A stretch of 64,000 nucleotides of DNA from Eledone cirrhosa. Lineage: Eukaryota. The DNA lies in assembly GCA_964016885.1 (NCBI GenBank), contig OZ024741.1:209126001-209190000 (forward strand), in the 5' to 3' direction. The position numbers and the translations under genes were made by a program. Below are positions 12,189 through 24,300 of the stretch, piece by piece (the stretch's first letter is position 1; every line of letters begins with the position of its first letter). Under the pieces are notes generated by a model. The model searched no databases and was not told the DNA's origin. It saw nothing but the letters and a program-made list of their open reading frames with translations.

Positions 12189-13478
12189 GGAGATTGGGGA
12201 GGGTCATATTTGTGTAATAATATTGCCAGAATTAATAATAGAACACACTCACTGTTTGGTTGGTTTTCGCTTCTGTATCTTTTACATCAGTTAATTTAAT
12301 TTACTCGGTCCTCAATGTTACCATTGACTGACCAACGGTCAAAAATACAGATATAATATAGACACAAACACATATATATAGTCTAACAAAGTTCTTTCGT
12401 TGCACATCTGCAATATCGTCAGTGGTGCTATTGTCTCCTCCTGTTGTATTGTATGTCTACGCCATCTTTATTTAAACCGTTTATTTATTTATTTTTTTAT
12501 TTATTTTTGTCTTCTTCTCTGCGCATGCGTTTGCGTGTGTGTATAGTGTTTGAGGTGTAGAAAATCCCTGATCAGCAAAACCTACCCTTTTAAGAAAACC
12601 CACTGTACTAATAGGAAATGTATTATATGTAAAGTAAACCCCGGATAAACTGTAAAACTAGAAACGTAGTCTATAGCATAAGATGTACAGAGGGTACTTG
12701 CAGAAACATGACAACAACATACATAGGCGAGACAGCTCGTAGCATAGGTGAAAGGATAAACCAACACTGGGGGAACTAAAAGGACGAAAAAAACGGTTCA
12801 GTACTATACGAACACGCCAAACAACAACACGACGGTGACATAGACAACATAGAAATTAAAATAATATCTAAACATAGAAATGACCCAGCAGATAGGCAAA
12901 TCAGAGAGGCCAGCGAAATAGATCTTAGAAGGCCAAAGCTAAACAGAAAAAATGAATGGAATAGCAACAACACCCAAACAAACAATACTGACCTAAGAGA
13001 AGTATAAATAAATAAATAAATAAATAAATACACAAGCACAATAACAACAAATACATATAAATACACACTAGTAAACTAAGATAGAATACAATAACCAAAA
13101 CACAGTCACCCAAACACGAACACACCTCAAACACTATACACACACGCAAATGCATGCACAGAGAAGACAAAAATAAATAAATAAATAAACGGATTAAATA
13201 AAGATGGCGTAGACATACAATACAACAAGAGGAAACATAATAGCACCACTGACGATATTGCAAATGTGCAACGAAAGAACTTTGTTAGATTATATATATA
13301 TGTGTTTGTGTCTATATTATATCTGTATTTTTGACCGTTGGTCAGTCAATGGTAACGTTGAGGACCGAGTAAATTAAATTAATTGATATAAAAGATACAG
13401 AAGCGAAAATCAACCAAACAGTGAGCGTGTTCTATTATTAATTCTGGCAATATTATTACACAAATATGACCCTCCCCA
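12189..13478 (+). mobile_element. 5'-truncated Penelope-like element: inverted pLTR + GIY-YIG remnant + pLTR
   Basis: 12189-12558 is the reverse complement of 13122-13478. The spacer between them encodes a GIY-YIG endonuclease. An inverted upstream pLTR is a known Penelope insertion architecture. Confidence 0.8.
12559..13007 (+). pseudogene. PLE GIY-YIG endonuclease no. 1 (frameshift near 12645, stop at 12777); not in ORF track
   Basis: Manual translation: YPFKKTHCTNRKCIICKVNP/INCKTRNVVYSIRCTEGTCRNMTTTYIGETARSIGERINQHWGN*KDEKNGSVLYEHAKQQH...RQIREASEIDLRRPKLNRKNEW. Shows VY...YIG, catalytic R and E, terminal N and CCHH ligands. Confidence 0.88.
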
Positions 13479-13937
13479 TCGCAATCTCCACACCCTCATC
13501 GTCCGCAGCTCCCTACCCCAACCCACGCTCCCCCCCCCCCGTTCCGTTCCCTGCTCCAGGCCTCGTTGTAACACCTTCCCCCACATCACCAACACCACCA
13601 CCTTCCAGGGTCCCAACGGCCACTCTCTCTCTGTCCGGCACGCCTTCCACTGCACCTCCTCCAACCTAGTCTATGGACTTCGCTGCACTCCGTGCAGCGC
13701 AACCTACGTCGGACAGACTGGACGTCGCCTGGCGGACCGTTTCACCGAACACCTCCGTGATATTCGTCTCGGCGGGAGTTCCCCCATCGCCCGCCACTTT
13801 GGCTCCCCTGTACATTCCGCGCACCACCTCACAGTCTGTGGCCTACTCCAATGCCACGGAACACCCGCCACCCGCCTCAGAGTCGAACAACGCACCATAT
13901 TCACCCTACAGATCCACACTCCCCCGGCCTGAACTCC
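13478..13937 (+). pseudogene. PLE GIY-YIG endonuclease no. 2 (Neptune-like); frame +1, not in ORF track
   Basis: Manual translation: RNLHTLIVRSSL...PCSRPRCNTFPHI...FHCTSSNLVYGLRCTPCSATYVGQTGRRLADRFTEHLRDI...PIARHF...RLRVEQRTIFTLQIHTP/GLN, with a 1-nt frameshift before GLN. Confidence 0.9.
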
Positions 13938-13939
13938 CC

Positions 13940-15090
13940 CTATTCCTTTAGCCCCCCCCCCCCCCACACACACACACATATCCCCCACTAACATCACTAA
14001 CACACTCCTCCTTTTCACCGCCCACCCCCTTGGCCCACCCCACAACTAACAATACTAACACCCCCACCCTACCCCGACCACCCTCCCCAACTAATAATAC
14101 TAACATCCCCACACCTCCCCCTATCACGCACACACCCACCGGTACATATATACACGCACTCACACTATCCACACACCCCACTACTAACTAACCCTCAGCC
14201 ACACATCCACTCCAACCACCCCACAACTAATACCACTAACATCCCTCCAACCCCACGCACACGAACACATACACCCACCCACACCCACTTACACCACCCA
14301 CTCTACACACCCTACCACCACTGACACCCACTAACACACCCGCATTCAACCCTTTCCCCACCACCAGTATACTAACACCCACTAACACGCCCTTCACCAC
14401 ACACACACTCATCCAAACATGCACACACACACCAGTACACTACACTCCCTCCACCTCCCCCACACCCTTTCTCTCCCTCTCCCCGCTCCACCAACACCCC
14501 TTCAAACACACACACTTCCCACTAACACCTCTACTAATACACACCCCATCCCCCCGCATGACCCCTCCCCACTCCACCTTCCACACCTACCCACCCTCTC
14601 CCCTGTCCACCGCACCTCCGCACACACTGACACACTGACTTTCTCCACCTGCCATTCTCCTCTACTGCTGCTGTGCCTTGACCCTCTGACCACTTCTCCG
14701 CACACACAGACACACAGTCCTCTCCACATGTCATCCTCCTCTACCTTCATCCTACCTTGACCCTGTGACCACTTCCTGTTGCGCGCGCACCCCACATCTC
14801 CCTACTTCCGACTACCACAACCACGGATTACACACCATTGGCCATCGTTCCCACTATCTACTCCATAATATGGAAAATATCCGGCACCGCTTCACACCCT
14901 CTACGGAACTACCTTAGGAACTTACCCACGGACATACTCACAAAAATGTTTTTCGAACCACGCCACCTACATCCACAAAAGGTATAAACACCAACACACA
15001 CGTGCGTAACCCCACATATATACACACTCTCCGGAATCCCATCCACACGCAGACACACACACCGACCTACACCCCACCCCACACACACAC
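13940..15090 (+). repeat. C/A-rich low-complexity tract, probably the 3' UTR of the endonuclease no. 2 element
   Basis: Strongly strand-biased CAC/CCA/ACTAAC sequence directly after the EN. The UTR assignment is inference. Confidence 0.6.
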
Positions 15091-15094
15091 CTTT

Positions 15095-16758
15095 TCCTAG
15101 TTGTATAGTATGTCTGTTAAAGATTGAGTGGTATCTGTGGGTTTTAGGAAAACATTTGTCTAGTGCTTTAAAGAATGGCTTTGCTAAAGGTGTTTTAACG
15201 CTTAATGAGAATGTGGGGTGAATACCAAATAATATTTCTAGTTCTAGTTCTTTTGTTTGTTTTAGAGTTTAAGTTAAATTGGTTATTCTTATTATAATTA
15301 ATAGTAGGGTTATTTGCCTTATTATTGTTGTCAATGTATTTAATTTTATTCGTATACCCTGCTCTATTTAAAGCTTCATTATAATATTCAGCCTTATCCT
15401 CAAAAATATTTTTATTAGCAGATATGCGTGAAATTCGTTGCTGGAGGCTATTGACAATAGTGTTCTTCATAGATCTAGGATGATTCGAGTTAAAACTTAC
15501 GTAATTTAGATTTTCATTAATTTTATGGAATGGATAGTAGAGCCCTGTGCTAAGGTTTAATGTTACGTCTAAAAAGTTAACGATTTTATAGTTATTCTCT
15601 ATTTCTAACTTAAGGTTGTAGTTATTGAAGAATTGTATTATGGATTTTCTTTTCCTATTAATTTCACAATTACTATGGTTTTCAATTAAAAGTAGCATAT
15701 CATCACGATATAAACCACCATCTCTGGCATTTTTCTATGCAGTGTATTATTAATAAATAAGCCCACAAGATCCATTATTTGCGCCGAGTCAGATGATCCC
15801 ATGGTGATATCAAAATTATTTTTTCTATCGACTCTTGTCCAGAGATGATTGTTGTATTTCAATTAAAGTTTTCCGTGCAGTTAAAATGATATGCATTTCT
15901 TCACTAGATAAATCTGTATGTTTAGATGCATATATAAGAGCCCTATTAAGTAAACTAGGAGTAATAGAGGAGTAGTAATTTGCAATATCCATTTGAATGA
16001 ATTTTTTGTTATGTTTAAATGTTATGTTATTGAACCAATCTATAACCTCATTAGTACCGTTCCATAGTTTTGTGTGATTTTTCTTTAAGTTGTGGTATGT
16101 ATCTATCTAATATATGTTTATTAATTATGCCTAAGTCTGATTTTGATGGTGCTATAAGTCTGACTGGTAGTTCTATTTCAAAGTTTCTTTTGTGGTCTTT
16201 CAGGTTAATTTTCGGTCTTCTAGGTATAAAGGGTTCAGTCCTATTTTGGATGCCTAATTTATGAATTATTTCGGAAACTTCTCTATTTAACGTTGCAAGA
16301 TCTTCATTAGTTGTTATTCTGTAGTTTTTTCTGAGTTCCTTCAATATAAGATTATTATATTCGTCCTATTGCATTCCGTATAGATTGTTAGTTTTATCAG
16401 ATTTTATGAGGATCTTCTCAGTTTTTGCAAGATTGTCTATATTGTTCTTGAGGCCTTTAAGGTATTCCTGGCCTACAAATTGGTTTTTCTTGAATTTGAT
16501 GTTTTGTATAATCGATATTACTTCATTTTCAAATTCCATTAATAGTTTGTTGCTAGGTGGATTCTTCTTAGATTTGAAGATCATATCGAAGTTATAACTG
16601 GATTTATTTATTTTTTCTGATTTTCTATTGAAATGGAAGGCACGCCATCTAAGTCTTCATGTAAAGGAGTCAGATTTCTCAATGAGTTGTTTTAGATACT
16701 CATTATTCTTAGGTAAAGGTACATCTTTCAGAGAGGAAGAAATCCTAAAGAATTCCAT
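15095..16758 (-). pseudogene. Penelope-like reverse transcriptase (Nematis-like, tentative), 3'-truncated before the endonuclease
   Basis: ATG at 16758: MEFFRISSSLKDVPLP..YLKQLIEKSDSFT*RLRWRAFHF; KSDKTNNLY; LKDHK..VRLIAPSKSDLG; FIQMDIANYYSSI; FDITMGSSDSAQIMDLVG; GLYRDD; VNFLDVTLNL; SNHP; RNIIWY. Several stops and frameshifts. Confidence 0.9.
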
Positions 16759-17035
16759 TATTTATCAATCAGTTATAATTTAAAGTGCTCAACATTAAAG
16801 GAGCTATGTAGAAGAGATATTTAATTTGTTGGAAATCCAACAAATATAGATGTTTATAACTGATTCAGAGCACTCGACAGATTTGGAGTAAGTATTCAAT
16901 GATATTAAATAAATGGAAACTATATTCATAAAATTCTATTATATATATTTCCTTTTCCTTCTTCTTACCTTCCTTCTCCTTTAACAATTTTTGTTTGATA
17001 ATTTATATAGCTTCGTTAAATTAACAATACCCGAA

Positions 17036-17360
17036 AAGGAGAACTGGTCAACATCATCGGATGCTTCCGAAGCTGCAGGTTTTTATTTTCGGAGTTTCCC
17101 TCTCCTAGAAATGTGTAGTGACAACAACTGGGGGCCTTTCACTCCCAGGTGGGGGGGGAGTATCATTTGGATGGCCGTAGACTCTGCTAAGTTCCTCCGC
17201 TCTTTGCCGGGTCTTGTATTTCATCCCGCAGGGTGTCCAAATATCACCCTCCTCACCAAGCAAGCTTGGTGGGGTTGCAGTTTAGTCACCGACGACCCGA
17301 CCATGAGACAGTTTGTACTGGGTTACATGTTACCAGTGAGCACTCAAGAACGACCTGACA
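17036..17360 (-). mobile_element. Structured repeat resembling an RTE-LINE 5' UTR
   Basis: Hairpins CACCAAGC-TT-GCTTGGTG and AGGGTG..CACCCT, plus CTAGGAGAGGGAAACTC..AAACC, which I recall from RTE 5' UTRs. Not verified. Confidence 0.4.
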
Positions 17361-17467
17361 TATACACATACATACATACATTTGAACTGTGAATATGTTG
17401 TAGAACACCTATTTATATGAATGATACATAAACTTTAACATATAAATACAGCGTTTATTATATTACA

Positions 17468-17570
17468 AAATCCCGCTGAAGTTGACTTTGGCTTTCAACC
17501 TTACGAGGTCGATAAAATAAATGCACTGGGTAATTGCTGGCCTTGTGCCAAAATGTAGAAACAATTATAT
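17468..17570 (+). mobile_element. 5'-truncated SINE copy
   Basis: Core and tail match the copies at 7919 and 34187. Confidence 0.75.
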
Positions 17571-17579
17571 TACATTCAT

Positions 17580-20500
17580 AAAGAAATATACTAAGTAACG
17601 GCTTTTTTGGGTTTTGTTTTGTTTTTTGTTCTCGATTCAAACGATTCAAGAACAACGTTTAAAGCACAGTTGTAGAATTAAAAACTAACTGAAAAGAAAT
17701 ATTACCCAAGCTGTGAATAACTTTAAATTTTGATTCTGACAGAACTTTGTCGAAACTTTTAAAGAAGATCATCGACTATTTTGAAAAATAAATACAAAAT
17801 ATTAGTGAATAGACGAACTAATCAGAGTAAAACGTACAAGTCTCCTTCGACCAAATCGCAACTACAACCGTTGTATACAGTGGAGCTACGAGCTTAACAA
17901 AGAATTATATGAAGCATACAAACAATCTGAACCCCGAAAGTTCGGTTTTATGCAAAGGCTAAAAACTTTATGGAACTCCAAACACCCAGAATTAGACTTT
18001 TCTCCAAAGCATTTGATGTAAATTGATACATCTAACGGAATTGAGTGATACTACAAATACAGCCCTTGTAGACAACCACCCCACCTCTACTGACAGACAA
18101 AGAGAATGGCCAGCTAAATCTAACAGTGAAAAGCTCACCAACACTTTTGCGGAAATCCATCCCACTTCCACGGAAGAACAGCGAGAATTGTCAGCTAACT
18201 CTAGTAGTAATTGTCACCACATCAACGACGAGGCTGAAATTTATGACTCTACTGTACAAACAGAACACCAAAATCTTGTGGATACCTTACAAGTGATATG
18301 GGACGATATGTTTCAAGAGATACACAACCTTAATGTGAGTGACAGACCATACAACACCAGAATCAGTAAAGAACCCACTAAATTGGAATTGGAAGCGGTG
18401 AACGAAATAGCTGACAGCTATCTGAAGGCTATACGATCTAAAGGTGTAGAAACGACATTTGAAACGCTTAACATTTTGTTATATGTTTCAACTGTCACAT
18501 TTCTATCATATAAAAAAAACATTTAAAACCACGCAATCAAGATACAAACAAAAAGCCTGAACCAGCGTGGATGCGAAATTTAAAAAGCAAAATTTTGTCC
18601 CTGAGACGAAGTATCTCACACATCGCAGTCGTTATGAAATGCAACATAGAGAGCAACTTCACGCGACACCAGGAAGACCTAAAAAAAAAATTAGAGAGAT
18701 GATTTGGAGATACAAAATTTAAAACTTTAAACTCCAAATTACACCAGTTGAAACAACAACTCACAGCTACAACAGAAATACTAAAATATAAGTCAACAGC
18801 ACATAAACGACAAGTGCTAAATAGATTTTCAGATATCCTAAATAGGTTTTCCAGATATCCTAAATCAGTTTATCGCAGCTTCGGTGGCAAAAGCTCAATC
18901 TCTGTAAATGACACCCCTTCAAAAGAACAGGTTGAGAGCTACTGGAGATCTGTATGACCGATTCAACAGACAAACTAAATGGCTAAAAGAACTGGAACAG
19001 GACTACTGCCAACATGTCCAGACAAAACAATATGACATAGATGGGTCAATACTGGAAACAGCTCTACAGAAAATGTCGAATAGCTAATCACCAGGCCCAG
19101 ACCTCATTACAGGATACTGGTTGAAGAATTTCACTTTCTATCGGCAAGATCTCATACGCCTGTTTAGAGAAACCATTAAAGGCACACAAGAACTGCCCAG
19201 ATGGTTATTAATTGCCACTACTCTCCTCATTCCCCAAAATAGCCAAACCACCCTTGCTAAAAATTACCGCCCAATAGCCTGCCAATACATCATGTATAAA
19301 TTATATACTGGGTGCCTTAACCTGTTCTACCAACAACATCATAACACCTGAGCAAGCTGGTGGAAAGAGGGAGGTGTGGGGTTGCATCTATCACCTACTA
19401 ACTAATAAAATGATTCAAGAAAAAACAACAAAGAATCGCAGAAACATGACTGTGGTGTGGCTGGACTATCAAAAAGCATTTGGTAGTGTACCTCATGGGT
19501 GGATTGAAAAGACTTTACAGTTAACCAAAGTCCCACAACCACTGGTAGCTGCTGTTGAACGTCTGACCAAGAACTGGTACACCAATTTGATCCTTAGAGG
19601 TGAGAAGGAGTAAGTTAAGACTGATAAGATACATTACCAGAAGGGCATCTTTCAGGGTGATAGCTTGTCAGTGCTACTCTTCGTTCTCTCACTAAATCCA
19701 CTATCTTAGCTACTCAGGAAACAAGGTGGACAAAGAAGTGGGTCCAGAAGTATCTCACATCTTTTCTTTGTTGATGACCTGAAGTTGTATGGGCCAAATA
19801 TCAATGACATCAAGAAACAATTGGACCTCATTACACAATTTTCAACAGACATCAAAATGAAATTTGGTGAGTCCAAGTGTGCATATTTGGCAGTAAAACG
19901 TGGAAGAGCTGTGCCCTCCTCTAGAAATCTAGAGATGAACGGCCTGACAATTATATTGGACAGGATGAGAATGTCAGATATGATGGACCCATAAATAAGG
20001 AGAGAACCAGAACTGAATATCTCAGAAGAGTAAAGAAAATATGGTCATCAGAACTGTCAGCGTACAACAAATACATTGCCCACAATACTGGCTGTGCCAA
20101 TTCTAACGCCAACATTTGGCCTGCTAAACAGGTCATTGCAAGAACTAAGTGAGATGGATGTTAGAACTCGCAAACTTCTCAGTGTTACTGGGAACTTTAA
20201 TATCAATGGTGAGGTGGATAGACTATACTTCTCACGCAAGGAATGTGCCGGGGGTCTAAAATCCATATTAACATCATATGAGACCCGGATGGTAACACTG
20301 AAGCAACATCTTCAACAGAGGAAAAAGGTTGGCAACCATCTTGCCCAGGTTTATGGGCATGAAAAAAAAATATCATTAGGATAGCCACTGATCTGGAGGA
20401 GAGATATGGAATAAAGCCTGATATAAATCTCTCACCCAGAGAAATCGGAAAATCCTATTCAATGTTCAAACAAGATGAAAAAATTGACCAATTTACAGAA

Positions 20501-21345
20501 AAAGTTGTGCATGGATACTTGAGACGTAAAACACAGACCATAGAGGAGATAAACCACTCAAAAAGCCTGGCATGGAGTTCCGACAAGTTTATGACATCAC
20601 ACCTTGAGGGATATCTCTATGCAATAAAGGAACAAGAACTCCCTACCAAATATCTGCTGCACAAAAGAGGAGGGCCATCAGCTGAAAATAAATGTAGGCT
20701 ATGTAAAACAAAGATCGAAGATGTAAGCCACATTGTTGCCAGCTGCGAAAGAATGTCATCTCGCTACTACTTCCCCATGAGACACGATGGGATAGCTAGA
20801 ACCATCTGAACGCACTTCGGAAAACAAAATTAACAAACGAGGAAGAATATATTGAGACAGATGGCACTAAGGAATACTGGTGGAACCTGAAAATAAAAAC
20901 TGAAACCAAATTAAAGCACAACCGGCTTGATATTGTTGTTTGGGACCACACATTGAAAACGTGTTCTGTTGTGGAGATCAGCTGCCCACTTGATGTAAAC
21001 GTTGTCAGAAAAATACAGGAGAAGGAGGACATATACGGACCATTGATGAGGAGTTTACAAATCCAGTATCCAAGATACACCTTTAGCTTGATACCCATCA
21101 TTATTGGAGCTACGGGTTATATACCAACCCGCTTGGACCAAAGTATGACTGAATTGGATTTGCGGACAAAGAGAACAGCTCCCTAATTCGTAGACTACAA
21201 ATGGCTGCGATAGCTGGCACCTTCAAAATTTGAAAAACATTCTTGCGATTCAATGGATGACAATTTCTTTTCTTTTACCACCAGGAAGGAGGCCGGTCAA
21301 AAAATATACTCGAAATTAAGAGAAAGAGATAACATACATACATAC
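17580..21345 (+). mobile_element. Degenerate R4/Dong-clade non-LTR retrotransposon A (RT + CCHC + restriction-like endonuclease)
   Basis: SPGPDLITGYW, NYRPIAC, WLDYQKAFGSVPH, GIFQGDSLS, HLFFVDDLKLY, CRLCKTKIEDVSHIVASC, RHD, HNRLDIVVW..VVEISCP. Many stops and frameshifts. Ends in ACATACATACATAC. The 5' boundary is approximate. Confidence 0.88.
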
Positions 21346-24300
21346 CAGTCAGTCAACGCATTTTGGCGTCGGAGACTATTTATTAAATTTAAGATGAATA
21401 CTATCCCTGACAGTAATGCCACAACTACCAGTCATGTTGAATAACTGGATATTCTTCTAACTATATCTACGGAAGACACCTTTTATTCAAATTCGTAGAG
21501 ATATCCGACTAAATACATAATTCTTTTTACAAGGATTTGCTACAAACAGCATGGCTAAACACAATATCAACAACAACAACAGTGGAATACCGAAGAAAAA
21601 CGAGAAAGGTAAACAAAATTTATTCAGTTGAAGAAGTACAGAAGAAACCAAAATTATAAAACGCATTTCTCTTGGCAAAAAACAATCCCTCCATTGGCTA
21701 TATGAACAGAATGAAGCTACACTGGGACGAAATACATCCAGAGCTAAATCACTTCACAGCGAAACAATTACACCAGCAAGCGATGTATGTTGAACGTAAA
21801 AATAAGATAAATATTATTAATTGTAAGTCTCCCATAGCAAACATGGAACCAACAACACATGCTACAGGTCGCCATGCTACTAAACTTCCTAGCAGCCAGG
21901 TCGAACAGTGCCTTGAAACAACTATACCTGTAAGAAATTTGTCACCACGTGTACCATCTGAGTCTACCTCGAATGCTGGGGAAAATACTATCGATAATAA
22001 TAATAATCGAAGAAATAATAATAATAATCGAAGAAATTTGACACCACATGTACCATCCGAGTCTACCTCGACTATTGTGGAAAATACTATCGATAATTAT
22101 AATAATCAAAAGTATAAACAATTGAAAATTTTCCTCAACGAAATCTTCCATAGAGAAATTAATTCATGTATAAACATTTCTCTTGCTGAACGTATTAAAA
22201 CAACAATATTTAATAAAAATTAAAAAAAATTAAAAATAATGAAATAGTACGTGTTATTGACGAAACAGGGGATGAATATTTACGACGGATAAAAACCCCA
22301 ACATTTTGGCAAATCAACGCCTGTTTATATGCCTTAGCAACGACAGTAAAGCATTATCTTGGTGATGGCAGAGATATTAACAAGAACAAAACACCACCAA
22401 AAATACCATCATATATAACTAAAATAGAAGAAAAGATTGCTGACCTACGAAAAACCATAGGATATGTGACAATGATCCTTACATGCAAACAATAAACTTC
22501 ACTCAAAAAAGTTCACTCCTCACCAACAAAGAGGGGAAAATAAAATGGAGACGGTGTTTGGTAACAGTAGAACCAGAACTCTTCAATTTAAGCTGATTAC
22601 CCTCAAACAAGAATTGAGAGCTGTTAGCGAAAAACGCCGATACATGAAGAAGGTAGATGAAAGAAAAGTGCTTAATAAAAGATTCAGACGAAACCAAACA
22701 TCAGTCTATAGAGATATAAAGGGCAAAATAATAAATGTTACTGTGGCCCCATCCCAGAAAGACATAGATTCCTTTTGGAGAAAAATATGGGGTGAAAAGA
22801 TGAATTTCAACCAAGATGCAGTGTGGCTAAACGAAATCCAAAAGAACTATTGCTCGTACACTACAACAAAAACATACGAAATAAGTGAGGGTACCCTTGA
22901 GACTGTGATAGAAAAACTCCAAGATAGGTAATCACCAGGAAGAGATATGATTGTCAGCTACTGGTACTAAAAACTATTCTATCGGAGGTATCTTACCGAC
23001 CTCTACCAACAAGTTCTTAAAGGAGATACACTTATACCAGAATGGTTGACATTAGCACAAACATTACTGGTCCCCCAAGAATAAAGACACCCACTTGGCA
23101 AAAAACTACCGACCCATTGCATGCCAGAACCTGATGTATAAGATGTATACAACCTGCCTGAACCTATTCCTCCAAGATCACTGTGAAAATAATAACATCA
23201 TCACAGATGACCAAGCAGCTGGAAAGATGGGGTTTGGGGATGTGCTGAACAACTCCTAATCAACAAAACTGCGATGTCGGAGGTGCGACAACTTAGGAGG
23301 AATATGGCTACAGTCTGGCTGGACTACAGGAAAGCTTTCGAATCTGTTACCCACTCTTGGATGATAGAGGCCCTCCGACTTGCTAAAGTCCCAGACATTA
23401 TTATCAGAGCCATAGAGAGGCTGTCTTCTTCTTGGGCTACTATCCTAAAGTTAAAGACAGAGAAGGAGGACTCTATTTTCACTGATAAAATAAAATATCG
23501 CAGGAGTATCGCAGTCTCTCTGTGATATTATTCATCCTGTCATTAAACCCCTTGTCCTTTCTGCTCAAGAAATGTGAAGGATACATCATTGGCTCACAGG
23601 AGGACAGAAATACGAACCTAACCCATAATTTCTTGTGGATGATCTGAAACTCTATGCCAAGAACATGAATGGGATGAAGAAAAATCTTGACCTGTTTACA
23701 ACGTTCTCAACGGATATAGGAATGGAGTTTGGCCAAGATAAATGTTCATATATGAGTGTAAAGCGGGGGAAAACAACAACCCAATCTAGCAAACATTGTC
23801 ATCAATGACCTAACTGTTTCACCGAGGACTGCTACAGATACCTACAGATACAGATATCCTATAATGGTATATGTAATAAGGAACGCGTAACCAGAGAATA
23901 CTACACCCGATTAAGAAAGATCTGGTCATCAGAACTCTCTGCGCAAAACAAAACAGTGACTCACAATGTGTTTGATGTGCCTGTCCTAACACCAGCGTTT
24001 GGAATACTCAATTGGACGATAGACGAAATCCGAGCAGTTGATGTTAGAACTCGAAAAATACTAAACAACACTCGAAACTTCCACATCAACAGTGACATAG
24101 ACCGCCTTTACTTGAAACGTAAGCAGGGAGGCAGAGGCCTAACATCAGTCCAGACAACATTTGAATGTCGCATCATATCCCTCCGACATCATCTACGAGC
24201 CTCGAAGTGTAGGAGCCCGTCGCTCGATCAAATATATCTGCATAAAACAGATAAGATCATGAGAGTTGGGAAGGAACTATTCGAGAGATATTCCCTGTGT

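Noticed and set aside
13410-14795. ORF-track Pro/Thr-rich and Gly/Val-rich ORFs
   Set aside because: Wrong frames or low-complexity sequence; the real signal is the GIY-YIG domain in frame +1.
16657-16659. In-frame TGA in the PLE RT as selenocysteine (reported for some Naiad PLEs)
   Set aside because: It sits where a basic residue is expected (likely CGA to TGA decay), and the copy has other stops and frameshifts.
17250-17360. HDV-like ribozyme in the putative RTE 5' UTR (minus strand, ends GACTAAACTG)
   Set aside because: A J4/2-like CUAA and possible P2/P4 are visible, but I could not build P1, P3 or the L3 consensus by eye. An RNArobo or Infernal search would settle it.
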